A DNA stretch of 64,000 nucleotides from Nitrosopumilus sp. (lineage in GTDB: Archaea > Thermoproteota > Nitrososphaeria > Nitrososphaerales > Nitrosopumilaceae), in contig OZ241981.1 of NCBI GenBank assembly GCA_965204345.1, positions 1,120,001-1,184,000 of the forward strand, in the 5' to 3' direction. Shown piece after piece: positions 36,073-47,866 of this stretch. The translations under genes and the position numbers were made by a program. Every line of letters begins with the position of its first letter. The first letter of the stretch is position 1. The notes beneath the pieces were generated by a model. It was not told the DNA's origin. It did no database searches and was given only the letters and a program-made list of their open reading frames with translations.

Positions 36073-36756
36073 TTATTTTGAATTAAGAATAATTTTGGTA
36101 CCAACATTTCCGCCTTTGACTGCTTTTTCAATGATTTTCGGGTTTGCTTTTAAAATTCGCGTTTTGATTTTTGATCGTTCGATAATTTTTAAAGCAACAA
36201 TATCCATCAAATCATAGCCTCCTGCAACAGAGTCTTCATGGATTAGCATGTTTTTCAAATTCTTCATATCAATTTCTTTGAATTTTTTGGCTTTTTTGAA
36301 TTTGTTTGGATCCATATCATAAACACCATCAACGTCAGTTGCATTCAAAAATTGTTCAGCTTGAATTTTTTCTGCAATTAGTGCAGCAGTACCATTAGTA
36401 CTTTGACCAGGATGAAGTCCTCCTGCTATCACAATTAATCCAGTATCAACTGCATGTCTAACCTCTTGTAGTGTAGTTGGAGGATGGGAATATGCCTTAT
36501 TCTTCAAAGCATAAATGAGAAGTTTGGCATTTAATCTTGAGATCTCAATTCCTAACTCATCAAGAGTGGATTCATCAGCACCAGAAGATCTTGCATGAGA
36601 AATATAATGTCGTGCAATAGTACCGCCACCTGCAATCACAATAGGTTGACAAACTTTACTTATTTTCACTAGGAATGCAGCATAATCTTTTAGAATTATG
36701 ACGTTATCCATTCCAAAAACACGTCCAGACAGTTTGATTACAATTCGTTTTTTCAT
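36073..36756 (-). CDS. pyrH: UMP kinase
   Basis: [31 protein letters not shown]. Confidence 0.95.
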   Translation of the reverse strand: MKKRIVIKLSGRVFGMDNVIILKDYAAFLVKISKVCQPIVIAGGGTIARHYISHARSSGADESTLDELGIEISRLNAKLLIYALKNKAYSHPPTTLQEVRHAVDTGLIVIAGGLHPGQSTNGTAALIAEKIQAEQFLNATDVDGVYDMDPNKFKKAKKFKEIDMKNLKNMLIHEDSVAGGYDLMDIVALKIIERSKIKTRILKANPKIIEKAVKGGNVGTKIILNSK

Positions 36757-37988
36757 TTTATACTACCAATGATTGATTTTGCGGCAATTTCAACTTTTTT
36801 TCTGTTCTTTTGATGAGTATATACTCTTAATATGTTCATAAACCCAGAAATAGCCGAAACCACGGGTATTTCAGAAATAGGCATCTCTTTTGCAGATAAT
36901 TTTCCATTTTCATTAGAGGTTAAGATTATCGATTTTGATTCATTTTTTGATGGTGCAAGAGGGATAGAGGGAGTAACAGAACTGTCTATAAAAATCTCAT
37001 TTTCGTCAATTTTAGACTTTTTTGAAAGATCAGATCTAAGTTCGTTTGTTTTAATATTTTTTAAATTCGTTTGATTTGTGATTATTCTTTCAAACACGCA
37101 TTTTAGTAATCTTCTATTTTGATAATCCTCTACAAACTGTCTTGCACGTTTTAATTTGGGGGACTTTGATGAGATTAAAGTTGATAGGACATATTCATCT
37201 GTAAGATTAACAAACTCGTTTGTGTCAAATGTAGTAAATCCAAATTCATCATCAGACAGTCTTAATGCTTCAATGAGCATTACTTCAGATGCACGTACAG
37301 TCTTATGAAAATAGACTGCTTTGAACATTTGATATCTAGAATGCATCATGGATTCAAAAGAATATAGTGCAGATCTTTCTAAAGCTAATTTTTTCTTATG
37401 TATGTTAAATGATTGTGTAATTCTCTTATGATCTACTTTTGCATGTTCTGCTCCGGTGAAATAGCCGTCTCTAAGTAAATAATCCATCATATCTGCACTC
37501 AGAGCTCCTGAAACAATCTCATTTAGATATTGGAATTTTGATTCTCCAAATGCAATTTTTGCCACTAGCTTCTTATCAAATCCGGTTTTAGATAGTGTAT
37601 CACCAATTTCAGAATTTAAGATTATTTTTTTGCCATAATCTTCATGTGAAATTTTTTTCTCTTGTATTATTTCTTCAAACAGATGAGAGAATGGTCCATG
37701 GCCAATATCATGCAATAATCCTGCCAAGCGTAAAATTTGAACGTCATCAGAATTTAAAAATTCTTTTTCATTTAATGCAAAACCAGCTTGACTAGCAATA
37801 TGCAATACTCCTAGAGAATGTTCAAATCTGCTATGTTGGGCCGCAGGATAAGTCAAATGAGCACCGGAAAGTTGTTTTATTCTTCTCAGTCTTTGAAAAA
37901 GGGGATTATCTATTATTGGAAGTTCGTAATCATATACACGAATAAAATCATGAATTGGATCAATGATATCTAGATAATTTTTTTTCAT
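36753..37988 (-). CDS. HD-domain phosphohydrolase (SAMHD1/dNTPase-like)
   Basis: [44 protein letters not shown]. Confidence 0.92.
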   Translation of the reverse strand: MKKNYLDIIDPIHDFIRVYDYELPIIDNPLFQRLRRIKQLSGAHLTYPAAQHSRFEHSLGVLHIASQAGFALNEKEFLNSDDVQILRLAGLLHDIGHGPFSHLFEEIIQEKKISHEDYGKKIILNSEIGDTLSKTGFDKKLVAKIAFGESKFQYLNEIVSGALSADMMDYLLRDGYFTGAEHAKVDHKRITQSFNIHKKKLALERSALYSFESMMHSRYQMFKAVYFHKTVRASEVMLIEALRLSDDEFGFTTFDTNEFVNLTDEYVLSTLISSKSPKLKRARQFVEDYQNRRLLKCVFERIITNQTNLKNIKTNELRSDLSKKSKIDENEIFIDSSVTPSIPLAPSKNESKSIILTSNENGKLSAKEMPISEIPVVSAISGFMNILRVYTHQKNRKKVEIAAKSIIGSIK

Positions 37989-38566
37989 AGGCCAAGTTTT
38001 TTTGTAAATATCTTTAAAATTTTTTTGTGAACCTCATCTTTAGATTTTGATGCATCTACTATCTTCCAGTGTTTTTTCTTTGCAGTAATACGATAAATTT
38101 TAGATATTTTTCTTAGAAATTCTTCATTCTTCTCAAATTTATCCCTGTTTGTTTTTTGTCTACGAAATGATTCTTTTTGTGTGATATCAAGTAAAATTAC
38201 AAGATCAGCCTTTGGAAGACCCTCATCAAGACTTTCAAGCCATTTTTGTTTCAAACCATTAGCTAATCCGTAGATCAAATTCGAATGATAGTACCTATTC
38301 ATGATTAAAATAGAATTTTTTTCTTCAGCCTTTTTAATTTCGGATAATTTTTCCCAACGATTAGCTGCCAAAAGACAATGAATTACTTGGGGAGGAAATT
38401 TTCTTTTTCCATCCAAGTATTTTCGAATTTCTTTGCCAATGGGGGTTTTGTAGTCAGGAAAATGAAATAGTTTGGTTTTGATTTTTTGTTTTTTTAAGGC
38501 CTGTTCTAATAATGTTGATTGGGTTAGTTTACCCGCTTGATCTCCACCTTCAATTACAATGATCAT
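37985..38566 (-). CDS. tmk: Thymidylate kinase
   Basis: IEGGDQAGKLTQ, FP, ANRWE, NRYYHS, LPKAD. Confidence 0.93.
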   Translation of the reverse strand: MIIVIEGGDQAGKLTQSTLLEQALKKQKIKTKLFHFPDYKTPIGKEIRKYLDGKRKFPPQVIHCLLAANRWEKLSEIKKAEEKNSILIMNRYYHSNLIYGLANGLKQKWLESLDEGLPKADLVILLDITQKESFRRQKTNRDKFEKNEEFLRKISKIYRITAKKKHWKIVDASKSKDEVHKKILKIFTKKLGL

Positions 38567-38797
38567 AAGTTATCAAAACAGAGAAGTTAATTGATTAAAA
38601 ATCTATCATTTTTTCTAAATTGATTTGAATTAATTTGTTTTTTCTTAATCACATTGTTCACATATGCCATTTTGTTGTCCAAAGAATATGTCTCCAGCTT
38701 TATCTATAACATGAACTCACATAATTCCTCTATATTTCTCCAGTTTCATCTTCATGATGATAATTTTAAAAAAATGTTAGGATATCTGTTGTATTTA

Positions 38798-38986
38798 TTA
38801 ATTTTTTAAATGATTTTTTGTGAATATCACAAAACTAATGGAAAATGCGACTAGCATTAAAATTCCAGGAATGTATGCATAATTGAACCCAATTCCAATA
38901 TGTGTTTCTTCATGATAATAATTTATCAAAAAAGTTACAACCAACAAGATAGCTCCTGCAAATGTTAATTTTCTGTGTATTTCCAA
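38798..38986 (-). CDS. Small two-TM hypothetical protein
   Basis: 62 aa, two hydrophobic helices around a HEETH loop. Confidence 0.6.
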   Translation of the reverse strand: MEIHRKLTFAGAILLVVTFLINYYHEETHIGIGFNYAYIPGILMLVAFSISFVIFTKNHLKN

Positions 38987-39177
38987 TAAACATAAAATTC
39001 CAAGTTACTATATGAATTTAGAAAGATTTGCAGGATTCTATAATGCGATGTTGTGATAAAACCCACTTACTAGCACAGTCAGAAACAAAAATACGTCATT
39101 TGTCATACCCAATGTTATTCATTTAAGATATGATATAACAATGATGTAAATTTCTCAAGAATGAAAACTAGCCTAGA

Positions 39178-39510
39178 TTATGGATCAGATTTCATTTTAG
39201 ACAGTTTTGTAATCACTTGTTCTAGTTCCACTTTATTTTCTTCAATTACTTGCTTTATTACTTTGATTTCTTCATTAATTTGATCCAGATGTACATCATC
39301 AGAATTTCGGATTTTATTTTCTAAATCTTCTAAAATGTGTTGATTATTTTGATTGAGTTTTTGTAATTCATTTTTGTATTTTTCAAGCTTTTGATATTGA
39401 TCAGAAATTTCAGGAACGTCAATATATTCTTGGGATGTTAGAAAACCTAAAGATATTATTGCGCCTCCTGTAATCAAGACAACAATAAGAATAACAGCAG
39501 TCAGTTTCAA
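39178..39510 (-). CDS. Membrane-anchored coiled-coil hypothetical protein
   Basis: N-terminal TM followed by heptad-rich sequence. Confidence 0.7.
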   Translation of the reverse strand: MKLTAVILIVVLITGGAIISLGFLTSQEYIDVPEISDQYQKLEKYKNELQKLNQNNQHILEDLENKIRNSDDVHLDQINEEIKVIKQVIEENKVELEQVITKLSKMKSDP

Positions 39511-39557
39511 TTTAACATCTTTGTATTATTGTTTTAGATTTTAAATTATATATTCAG

Positions 39558-40856
39558 TTAAGTTTGAGTCAGAGCCTTTTTACGCCTACGAATAACGTAA
39601 AGTGCAACAGCAATTGCTAATATGACAGGGATAATTATCATTGTTGGATCACCATCTTCTTCTTCATTTGGTGGTTCAGTGACAAAGATGGTACTATCAT
39701 GAGATAAAAAGATCTCATCTCTTGTGCTGTCTTTGTATCTAACAGTTATTGTAATATCATGTTCACCATATTTTGGTTCACCATCAAACTCAATTGGAAC
39801 ATTAAATGGCACAGGTGCATCTACTTCAATTTCATCAATAAATTGATTTGTTGGCTTTATGTTAGAATCACCTTTAGGTTCGATAGAAACAAAACCAAAT
39901 AACCCATCTTCATTTCCTTCATTAAGTATTTCACCAATTACCATTTGTGTGCCGGATAATTCAATTACATCTACATTGAATATGATTAGATCAATTAGTC
40001 CTTTAATGTAAAAATCAACAATTTTTGAAACTTCATGCAAGTCTCCATGTGCATTATAATACGAAATAGCCAAAGGAATTCTTAATGTATCGCCTTTAAG
40101 GGATTCAGGAACATATACTGTTGCAGTAAGATATTGTGCTGATTTTGGATTAATATTTCCAACATCCCAGCTGGATTCTGAAATTACAACATTTTCAACA
40201 TTGGTAATTGATGATGTTGTTGAGGCAAGTTCAGTTTGGGTGTTTGTTGCAGTAATATCCACACCAGAAATTGGAGCAGTTCCATCATTGGCAATCTCAA
40301 TTGTTACATTGTTAGAGGTTAGAGAAGTAAGAAATGGTTCTAATGCTTTGACATTGATTACACTATCTCCTGTAACTTTGAAATCAAAATCAGCAAAAGT
40401 TGTCCTCACTCCAGACTCTCGTAATCTGGAATAATCTACTTTTACAGTTCCAGGATATTGTTGAATTTGAACATTGTTGCCAATATTGACAAAAAATGTC
40501 AAGTGGAAATTCTCTCCTGCTAACGAGTTAGAATCACTATCTGCATAAATGATTGATCCCGGACCATCAGAAGCTGAAAAACCAAGAGGCAAAGATAGCT
40601 GTCCTCTAATTCCGGTAATATCTTGAGTTCCTACATTTGCCAATACAACTGTGAATGGAACGTTATTATCGCCGGATTCAACTTCAATTTTATCATCAAG
40701 TATGCCAAAATATGCATCTAAAAATTTAACATCCCCATAGTCTCTTTCAAATGGAGATTGGCCAGATCCTCCAGATGTTATTTGTGCATAAGAATTTTGA
40801 AAAATAATTGGTGTTAAACCAACTACAAACAAAAGTAGAATAATTTTAAATTTCAT
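39558..40856 (-). CDS. COG1361-like Ig-domain surface protein associated with the ABC transporter
   Basis: Signal peptide, repeated NxG CARDB-like modules, C-terminal TM plus RRRKK. Confidence 0.75.
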   Translation of the reverse strand: MKFKIILLLFVVGLTPIIFQNSYAQITSGGSGQSPFERDYGDVKFLDAYFGILDDKIEVESGDNNVPFTVVLANVGTQDITGIRGQLSLPLGFSASDGPGSIIYADSDSNSLAGENFHLTFFVNIGNNVQIQQYPGTVKVDYSRLRESGVRTTFADFDFKVTGDSVINVKALEPFLTSLTSNNVTIEIANDGTAPISGVDITATNTQTELASTTSSITNVENVVISESSWDVGNINPKSAQYLTATVYVPESLKGDTLRIPLAISYYNAHGDLHEVSKIVDFYIKGLIDLIIFNVDVIELSGTQMVIGEILNEGNEDGLFGFVSIEPKGDSNIKPTNQFIDEIEVDAPVPFNVPIEFDGEPKYGEHDITITVRYKDSTRDEIFLSHDSTIFVTEPPNEEEDGDPTMIIIPVILAIAVALYVIRRRKKALTQT

Positions 40857-41551
40857 TATACAACAATCTCCATTTCAGATGACTGATCACTTTCAAATGC
40901 CTTACCATCCTTTATTGTAATTATTCTATCAACATCGCCAAAATGTTGTCTATCATGCGTAACAATGATGAATGTTTGATTGAGTTTTTTTGCCATTGAT
41001 TTCATTAATTGGACTATGTTTTCAGAAGTTATAGAGTCAAGGTTGCCAGTTGGCTCGTCTGCCAATACAATCGAAGGTTTGTTGATTAATCCTCTGGCGA
41101 TAGCAACTCTTTGTGCTTGACCGCCAGATATTTTATTTGCACGTTTATGGATTTGTGATTCAAGACCTACAACTTTTAATAAATCCATGACATCTTTTTT
41201 TGTAGTCACATTCTTACCTGAGATTTGTGCAGGTAACAACACATTCTCTAAAACTGAAAGATCACTTAGTAAATTAGAAAATTGGAAAATAAATCCTAGT
41301 TTGTTATTTCTAAATGATGAAATTTTGTCATCGTTTAGAGACGTAGTATTTACACCATCAATTGAAATTTCTCCATTAGTTGGCCTGTCTAACAATCCGA
41401 TCATATTTAGCAACGTGGATTTACCAGAGCCGGAACTTCCCACGATTAAAACAAATTCTCCCTGTTTAATTGAAAATGAAACATTATCAAGAGCTTTTAC
41501 TTGACTAGAACCTTCTCCATAGACTTTGTTGAGATTATTAATCTCAAGCAC
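40856..41551 (-). CDS. ABC transporter ATPase (LolD/MacB type)
   Basis: GSSGSGKST, GFIFQF, SGGQAQRVAIAR, ADEPTGNLD, VTHD. Confidence 0.95.
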   Translation of the reverse strand: MLEINNLNKVYGEGSSQVKALDNVSFSIKQGEFVLIVGSSGSGKSTLLNMIGLLDRPTNGEISIDGVNTTSLNDDKISSFRNNKLGFIFQFSNLLSDLSVLENVLLPAQISGKNVTTKKDVMDLLKVVGLESQIHKRANKISGGQAQRVAIARGLINKPSIVLADEPTGNLDSITSENIVQLMKSMAKKLNQTFIIVTHDRQHFGDVDRIITIKDGKAFESDQSSEMEIVV

Positions 41552-41552
41552 G

Positions 41553-42740
41553 TTAGACAGTTCGCATAGCCTCCACAGGTAATAGCTTTGTAGCTCTATA
41601 CGACGGGTATAGGGATGCGATAATTGCTAGCGTAAAAGAAGTGAGTGCTGTTTGGAAAATTTTTTCCCAGTTATATGTTACTTCTAATTCAAGACTACCG
41701 TTAAATGACATTTTTGTTTCTTTAGCGTAAAAAGTATAACCTAACCCGGCTGCTGTTCCTACACCAGCTCCTATAGCTCCAATTATCATTCCTTGAAAGA
41801 TAAAAATTAATAGGATATCTTTTCGTTTAGCTCCTATGGATCTCATTACGCCTATTTCTCTAGTTTTTCCATTTACCAACATCATTTGAATTGTGACAAC
41901 TGCAAATGCAGAAGACATCATTCCAAAATAACCAACCATGTTAATCATAGCAATACCAGATCTGAAACCTTGTAGTTGGGCTTCAGATGCTTCTTCGGTA
42001 GTTTCAGCAATAAAATCATCGTTAGGAAATGAACGTAAAAAGAATTCTTTAACTTCTGTTGCAGCAGAATCATCATGTAGTTTTACCATAAATGAACCTG
42101 TATCTCCATGCCTGCTCATCATATCACGTAAAGTATCAATATGAATAACACCAGAATAATCAAATCCTTGTCCTCCAGGTGAGCTTGCTATTCCAGTAAC
42201 CATAAATCTTCTAATTTGATCTTGCCCCCATCTATCAACCACAAGAACTTTTACACTATCGCCAACTTGAGCTCCTCCTAAATCTCTTGCTACATTAGAT
42301 CCCAATACAATAGAATTTCTTGAAAAGACATAGCTTCCATCAGAAATAGTTGTGTATACTGTAGAAGCCCTAATGTCATTAAATGGATCAACTCCTACCA
42401 AGGGAATTCTGGTTTCTTGAACTAGGTTTCCATTTTTTGTCATATTCATTTCAGCTGTTGCAGAAAGCCGCGGGGTTGCGGCTTTAACATCTGGTATGCG
42501 TTCAAACCATCGAATAAGGGATTGATCAGACTTGTCTATAAAATCAAATTCATCAGTTACAATGACATCACCTGTACTGTAATCACTGATATCTCTGACA
42601 ATGGCATCATACAGACCTTGAAAAATTACAAAGTTTACATGAATAACTAAAATTCCAACAGTTACAGCTAAAATAGCACCGATTAGACTGCCTTTTTTAT
42701 TGAAAAGCATTCGTTTTGCTAGTTTTATCTTGTAATCCAT
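41553..42740 (-). CDS. ABC transporter permease (LolE/MacB/FtsX type)
   Basis: REIGVMRSIGA, LYPSYRATKLLPVEAMR. Confidence 0.93.
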   Translation of the reverse strand: MDYKIKLAKRMLFNKKGSLIGAILAVTVGILVIHVNFVIFQGLYDAIVRDISDYSTGDVIVTDEFDFIDKSDQSLIRWFERIPDVKAATPRLSATAEMNMTKNGNLVQETRIPLVGVDPFNDIRASTVYTTISDGSYVFSRNSIVLGSNVARDLGGAQVGDSVKVLVVDRWGQDQIRRFMVTGIASSPGGQGFDYSGVIHIDTLRDMMSRHGDTGSFMVKLHDDSAATEVKEFFLRSFPNDDFIAETTEEASEAQLQGFRSGIAMINMVGYFGMMSSAFAVVTIQMMLVNGKTREIGVMRSIGAKRKDILLIFIFQGMIIGAIGAGVGTAAGLGYTFYAKETKMSFNGSLELEVTYNWEKIFQTALTSFTLAIIASLYPSYRATKLLPVEAMRTV

Positions 42741-42856
42741 AAGACAACTAAAATAGTCTAATATTTAATGTATATGATACATAGTGCTAACAATATAGAC
42801 AATTTTATATGATATTAGTTGTTTCTATAATTTATGAAGTCAATTGAGGTTACATA

Positions 42857-43759
42857 ATGGACAATTTAGATATGAAAATTCTAAGTAGACTGTTGAATAA
42901 TTGCAGAGAATCTGACAGACAAATAGGCATAGAATTAGGCATGTCAGGTGGTGCAGTCAGAGCTAGAATCCGAAAAATGCAAGAAAATGAGATTATTGAA
43001 AAGTTTATTGTCAAAGTTGAACCTCCTGTGTTAGGCTATGGTGCATTGTACTTTGTGGTATCTGGAGAAAATATTTCAGAGATTTTAGAACAGGCAAATC
43101 TTGTAGGTGAACCATATTTTATGGTTCCATGTGTAGGTGGAATTACTGTTTGTGGTATTTCTATAAAAGACAATATGAATCAAAAAATTGAACTTGCAAA
43201 AAAATTGATGAAAGATGTCAGCGTTTTAACTATTTTTGAGGCAGAAAATCCGGGATTTGATTCAAATCTTACAAAAACAGACTTAGAAATTTTAAATGAG
43301 TTAATAAAAGATCCAAGACAAAAAATTGAGCAAATTGCAAGGAATGCAAAAATATCAACAAAAACAACAACCAGATGTATAGAAAAACTACATGAAAATG
43401 ACGGAATTCAGTTTACATTAGTATATGATCCAAAAAAAATTAAGAGTTTCATCCCACATGCAATATTAACGTGGATAGAAGGAGATCTAAAAGAAACGTT
43501 AGAAGATTTAAATAAATTATTCTCTGAATCGTATTTGCAAATTCCATTCATAGCAAAAAATCAAATTGTTTTATTCATGTATAGTGATGATATTTTCAAA
43601 ATGGATGAATCAACGCAGAAAGTTAGAAATGTTAAAAATATAAAATCAGCTGATTTATTCATTCCAAAAAAGATTTCATTTTATGGAAAATGGATAGAAA
43701 AAGCTATTATTGATTTTAAAAAATCTCCTAGATTACATTTATCATATCAAACAAATTAA
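42857..43759 (+). CDS. Duplicated Lrp/AsnC family transcriptional regulator
   Basis: MDNLDMKIL...RARIRKM and a second LTKTDLEIL...HTH unit. Confidence 0.88.
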   Translation: MDNLDMKILSRLLNNCRESDRQIGIELGMSGGAVRARIRKMQENEIIEKFIVKVEPPVLGYGALYFVVSGENISEILEQANLVGEPYFMVPCVGGITVCGISIKDNMNQKIELAKKLMKDVSVLTIFEAENPGFDSNLTKTDLEILNELIKDPRQKIEQIARNAKISTKTTTRCIEKLHENDGIQFTLVYDPKKIKSFIPHAILTWIEGDLKETLEDLNKLFSESYLQIPFIAKNQIVLFMYSDDIFKMDESTQKVRNVKNIKSADLFIPKKISFYGKWIEKAIIDFKKSPRLHLSYQTN

Positions 43760-43784
43760 ATAATAAAAAATTTTTGTATCTTAT

Positions 43785-44300
43785 ATGAAGGAAACAAAGA
43801 TCTATGAAGGAAAAATTTTAAGTTTTAGTGTTTATGATGGAAAAATTAAGGGAAGAAAAATCAAAAGGGAGTATATCAAACATGGAGGGGCAGCGGCAAT
43901 GCTTGCTTTTGATGAAAATAAAAAAGTGATTCTAGTTAAACAGTACAGATATCCACACGGATATGTTTTAGAAATTCCGGCCGGAACACTAGAAAAAAAA
44001 GAGAAACCGATAAAATGTGCATTTAGAGAATTGGAAGAGGAAACAGGGTATAGGGCAAAAAAGATGACACCTTTGATAACTTATTATCCTTCAATTGGGT
44101 ATAATGCAGAGATAATTCATTGTTTTTTAGCCTCAGGATTGAAGAAAGTTGCAGATTTGAAGCTGGATGAAGATGAAATTCTGTCTGTAGTAAAAATAGA
44201 TTTCAAAAAAGTTCTATCTATGATAAAAACGGGTAAAATTCAAGATTCAAAAACAATTTGCGCCATTATGACATATGCCATAAAGAAAAAACTGTATTAG
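43785..44300 (+). CDS. NUDIX hydrolase (ADP-ribose pyrophosphatase-like)
   Basis: KQYRYP, EIPAG...[11 protein letters not shown] Nudix box. Confidence 0.93.
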   Translation: MKETKIYEGKILSFSVYDGKIKGRKIKREYIKHGGAAAMLAFDENKKVILVKQYRYPHGYVLEIPAGTLEKKEKPIKCAFRELEEETGYRAKKMTPLITYYPSIGYNAEIIHCFLASGLKKVADLKLDEDEILSVVKIDFKKVLSMIKTGKIQDSKTICAIMTYAIKKKLY

Positions 44301-45283
44301 TTATTCATATTGTAAATAGGCTGTACAAGGTCTGCAAGATCGGCCCAAGATTGTGCAATTCTTTCAAACATGTATACTAGATCAAGAAAATCTAATGGGA
44401 TTTGTTTTTTAGTACCTAATTTAGTTCTGAGTAAACTGAGTTTATTTTCATATTGTTTATGCATGGATATAGCTTCAATTGCTAAAAATCTATCAGGTTT
44501 TGTAAATGCATCAATAGATTTTTCTGCAACTTTATTAAAATCTCTAACTACATCATAGATTTTCTTTGAATATTCTTTTGACAAAGAAAAATTAAGAATG
44601 AAATTTGATAATTCTACAATTGAGTCTCCTGCATTTTCAAGAACACTGGCTGCTACTCTATAATCTAAGATATCTATATTTTCTAGGTTAAATGCACTGG
44701 CTAGCCTCCTATCAACAAGGGTACTTCTGATTAAACGGACAAGCAAGAAATATTGTCTATTAACTTCAACATCACGTTTTGATAGAGTTTGTAGATTAGA
44801 TTTGTCATCAGAGAGTAATCCAGTTAATACATCATCATACATGCCAAGTGCAATAGAGCTCATTCGTTTGAGAATTTTTGCAGGGTTAAGAGTCGTAGCA
44901 TCTAAAAGAAATTGCATGTTGATATGAGAAGCATCCTCTTCAATTATTTCCATTCCAACTAATCGTCTCATAGAATTACGGATTTTTTCTCTATCCTTAC
45001 CGGGAATAATAGATTTGGAATTAATTACAATAACATCATATCCTAAAAGATATGCGCCTGTGATGTTTGCAACAATATTTTCTTCTTTAGGTAACGGATA
45101 AGAGATTACAAGCTCTTTGGTAGGTCTAGTTTCTTTATTTGCAGAAATAGAAATATTATCCTGGCCGGTTTCAATTTCCACCTGACTGCTTTTATCAAGA
45201 TTATTTGCGTCAACCCACTCTTTAGGCAAAGATACTAGAATGCTGCTTCCAATTCTCTGTAGGCGTCGAACAAATTTAGTCAA
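44297..45283 (-). CDS. Archaeal phosphate uptake regulator (AbrB plus PhoU domains)
   Basis: [37 protein letters not shown]. Confidence 0.88.
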   Translation of the reverse strand: MTKFVRRLQRIGSSILVSLPKEWVDANNLDKSSQVEIETGQDNISISANKETRPTKELVISYPLPKEENIVANITGAYLLGYDVIVINSKSIIPGKDREKIRNSMRRLVGMEIIEEDASHINMQFLLDATTLNPAKILKRMSSIALGMYDDVLTGLLSDDKSNLQTLSKRDVEVNRQYFLLVRLIRSTLVDRRLASAFNLENIDILDYRVAASVLENAGDSIVELSNFILNFSLSKEYSKKIYDVVRDFNKVAEKSIDAFTKPDRFLAIEAISMHKQYENKLSLLRTKLGTKKQIPLDFLDLVYMFERIAQSWADLADLVQPIYNMNN

Positions 45284-45348
45284 TTTATACTAATTTAATT
45301 AATTTAATCCATATTCTTATATTTTGTGTAAAATTTAAACTCAGATTA

Positions 45349-46260
45349 ATGGAGGCAAAAGCATTTTGTCCAGCACATATCACCGGATTCTTCAAAGCAT
45401 GCTTGTACGACAATCAAAATAATTTAGAAAATTTGGGCTCTATGGGAGCAGGCTTTTCAATTAAACAGGGAGTTACTACGAGAGTAAAAATTCAAAGTAA
45501 AAAAGATCAAACATCTAATTTCAGAATTACAACACATGGATATCAATCAGATAAAACTGATGTTTCTGAATTTGTTCTAAGTGAATTCTTAAAACTAGGA
45601 GAATTTTCAAATCATTTTTTTGAAATAGAGCACAACATATCAATTCCAGTGGGATACGGCTTGGGTTCTAGTGGTGCTGTGGCATTATCACTATCATATG
45701 CGCTAAACCAAGCTCTTCAAACCAAATTAGAAAAAACAGCAATTGGCAAAATTGCACATAATGCAGAAGTCAGTTGCAAAACAGGCTTAGGGGATGTTTT
45801 AGCGTCATATCATGGAGGATTTGAAATTCGTGTCAAACCTGGAGCGCCAGGTGTTGGTCATGTTGAAAAGATATCAACAGAAAAAATATCAATCATTATG
45901 ATTTGTTTTTCTCCAATTTCTACAAACAGATTCATCAAAGAACAATTATCTCAAATTAACGGATTAGGTGGAAAAATGGTAAATCGATTGTTAGAATCAA
46001 AAAATTATGAGAATTTTCAAGATATGTCATTAGAATTTGCAGAATATGCCAACGTGATGACCCCAAGAATGCAAAAAGTGATAGAAAAATTATCAAAAAA
46101 CAATATCAAATGTGGAATAGCCCTTTTTGGCGAAACAATTTTTTCAATGGTACCACAAAGAGAGGAATCCAAAGTTGTGGAAATTTTACAAAAATATTCC
46201 GATGGAATAATAATCCAATCAGAACTAGACGACAACGGAGCAAGAGTCCTTGTTAATTAA
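45349..46260 (+). CDS. pok: Pantoate kinase (GHMP family)
   Basis: PAHITGFF, GSMGAGF, PVGYGLGSSGA, TGLGDV; CoA operon context. Confidence 0.9.
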   Translation: MEAKAFCPAHITGFFKACLYDNQNNLENLGSMGAGFSIKQGVTTRVKIQSKKDQTSNFRITTHGYQSDKTDVSEFVLSEFLKLGEFSNHFFEIEHNISIPVGYGLGSSGAVALSLSYALNQALQTKLEKTAIGKIAHNAEVSCKTGLGDVLASYHGGFEIRVKPGAPGVGHVEKISTEKISIIMICFSPISTNRFIKEQLSQINGLGGKMVNRLLESKNYENFQDMSLEFAEYANVMTPRMQKVIEKLSKNNIKCGIALFGETIFSMVPQREESKVVEILQKYSDGIIIQSELDDNGARVLVN

Positions 46261-46269
46261 TTAGAAATC

Positions 46270-47034
46270 ATGCCATTAATTCCCAAATCTCATCCAAGAG
46301 CAAAATCCTTGTTAATTCGTGAAAAATTAGTTGACGGATTTGACAAGGGATTGGTAGCTAAGGAAGGACTCTTGGCTCAAGGTAGAGGTGAAGCGTTTGA
46401 TTACCTTCTAGGAGAAAAAACAGGCAAAGCCGCATTGCGTGCAATCAAGGTGGCAGCAGCACAGTTACTTTTAGCAGAAATGCCTGTAATTTCAGTCAAT
46501 GGAAATATTGCAGCGTTATGTCCAAAACAAATTGTCAGACTAGCAAATCAAATTAAAGCAAAACTAGAGGTGAACCTATTTTATACCAATGAAAAAAGAA
46601 AACAGGCGATTGTAAAAATTCTCAAAAAAAATGGCGCAGGCAGAGTTTTAGGTACAAAAAGTACCTCGTCTAAAAAACTAGCAGAGGTGGATTCGGCAAG
46701 ACGAATTGTAGATAAAGACGGAATTTTTGTGGCAGACGTTGTTGTGGTTCCATTAGAAGACGGTGATAGGACTATGGCACTTAGAAAAGCTGGTAAGATA
46801 GTTATCACGTTTGATCTAAATCCACTTTCAAGAACCTCACAGACGGCAAATATTACAATTGTGGATAACGTGACAAGGGCAATTGACTTGTTAATTAACG
46901 AATCAAAAAAACTCTCAAGAAAGAATCAAAAAAGCCTTTTAAAAATTATTGATGAATTTGATAATAAAAAAAATCTAAGAGAGAATGTTATTCAAATAAA
47001 AAATAATTTAACAAGGAGAGCAAGAATTGCATAA
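46270..47034 (+). CDS. pps: Phosphopantothenate synthetase (4-phosphopantoate-beta-alanine ligase)
   Basis: IPKSHPR, GRGEAFDYLLGE, SVNGN, VPLEDGDR, DLNPLSRT. Confidence 0.95.
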   Translation: MPLIPKSHPRAKSLLIREKLVDGFDKGLVAKEGLLAQGRGEAFDYLLGEKTGKAALRAIKVAAAQLLLAEMPVISVNGNIAALCPKQIVRLANQIKAKLEVNLFYTNEKRKQAIVKILKKNGAGRVLGTKSTSSKKLAEVDSARRIVDKDGIFVADVVVVPLEDGDRTMALRKAGKIVITFDLNPLSRTSQTANITIVDNVTRAIDLLINESKKLSRKNQKSLLKIIDEFDNKKNLRENVIQIKNNLTRRARIA

Positions 47035-47866
47035 AACCGTTGAAGATATAATTAAGATGAAAAAAGAAAAGAAGAGGATTTCAGTTATAACAAGTTACGA
47101 TTACACTTTAGCCTCACTGTGTGATAAAGCTGGAATTGATGTCATGTTGGTAGGTGATAGTGCAGGAATGGTAATGTTGGGATATGAAAATACAATTCCC
47201 GTAACCATGGATCAAATGTGCATGTTTACAGAATCTGTTAGCAGGGCAAGAAAAGATTCCCTACTTGTTTCAGACTTGCCTTTCATGTCATATCAAGCTA
47301 GTATTGAAGATGCCATAAATAATTCTGGCAGGTTAATCAAAGCTGGGGCAGATGCAGTAAAGCTTGAGGGCGGATCAATGATGGCCGAAACAATTAGTGC
47401 CATTGTAGATGTGGGAATTCCAGTCATGGGACATATTGGATTACAGCCTCAAACCACAATGCTGTCAGAAGGCTACAAGGTTCAAGGCAAAACAAAAGAT
47501 TCTGCAATGAAGTTAATCGGGGATGCAAAAGAGCTTGAAGACGCAGGAGTTTTCAGCATTGCTTTAGAGATGGTTAGCCGTGAAGTTGCTCAGATAATTT
47601 CTGAAACAGTTAGTGTGCCTGTTATAGGAATTGGTTCGGGAGTAGGCTGTGACGGTCAGGTACTTGTCGTTCAGGATTTACTGGGCATGTATGATAAGAT
47701 AAAACCGAAATTTGCAAAAAGATACATGAATCTATCCGAAGATATTGTAAAATCGCTTGAAAGTTATAAAAACGATGTAAAGTCTGGGGAATTTCCGGCC
47801 AAAGAAAATTCATTTGCAATGAACGAGAAAGAATTGGAAAAATTACGTGAACATCTTGGTAGCTAA
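47027..47866 (+). CDS. panB: 3-methyl-2-oxobutanoate hydroxymethyltransferase
   Basis: LVGDS, DLPF, VKLEGG, GHIGLQPQ, DGQVLV. Confidence 0.97.
   Translation: MHKTVEDIIKMKKEKKRISVITSYDYTLASLCDKAGIDVMLVGDSAGMVMLGYENTIPVTMDQMCMFTESVSRARKDSLLVSDLPFMSYQASIEDAINNSGRLIKAGADAVKLEGGSMMAETISAIVDVGIPVMGHIGLQPQTTMLSEGYKVQGKTKDSAMKLIGDAKELEDAGVFSIALEMVSREVAQIISETVSVPVIGIGSGVGCDGQVLVVQDLLGMYDKIKPKFAKRYMNLSEDIVKSLESYKNDVKSGEFPAKENSFAMNEKELEKLREHLGS

Noticed and set aside
38590-38760. Possible TGA-readthrough (selenocysteine) mini-ORF MKMKLEKYRGIM*VHVIDK...CEQCD
   Set aside because: Very short, no recognisable family, no SECIS-like element and no Sec machinery in view; likely chance.
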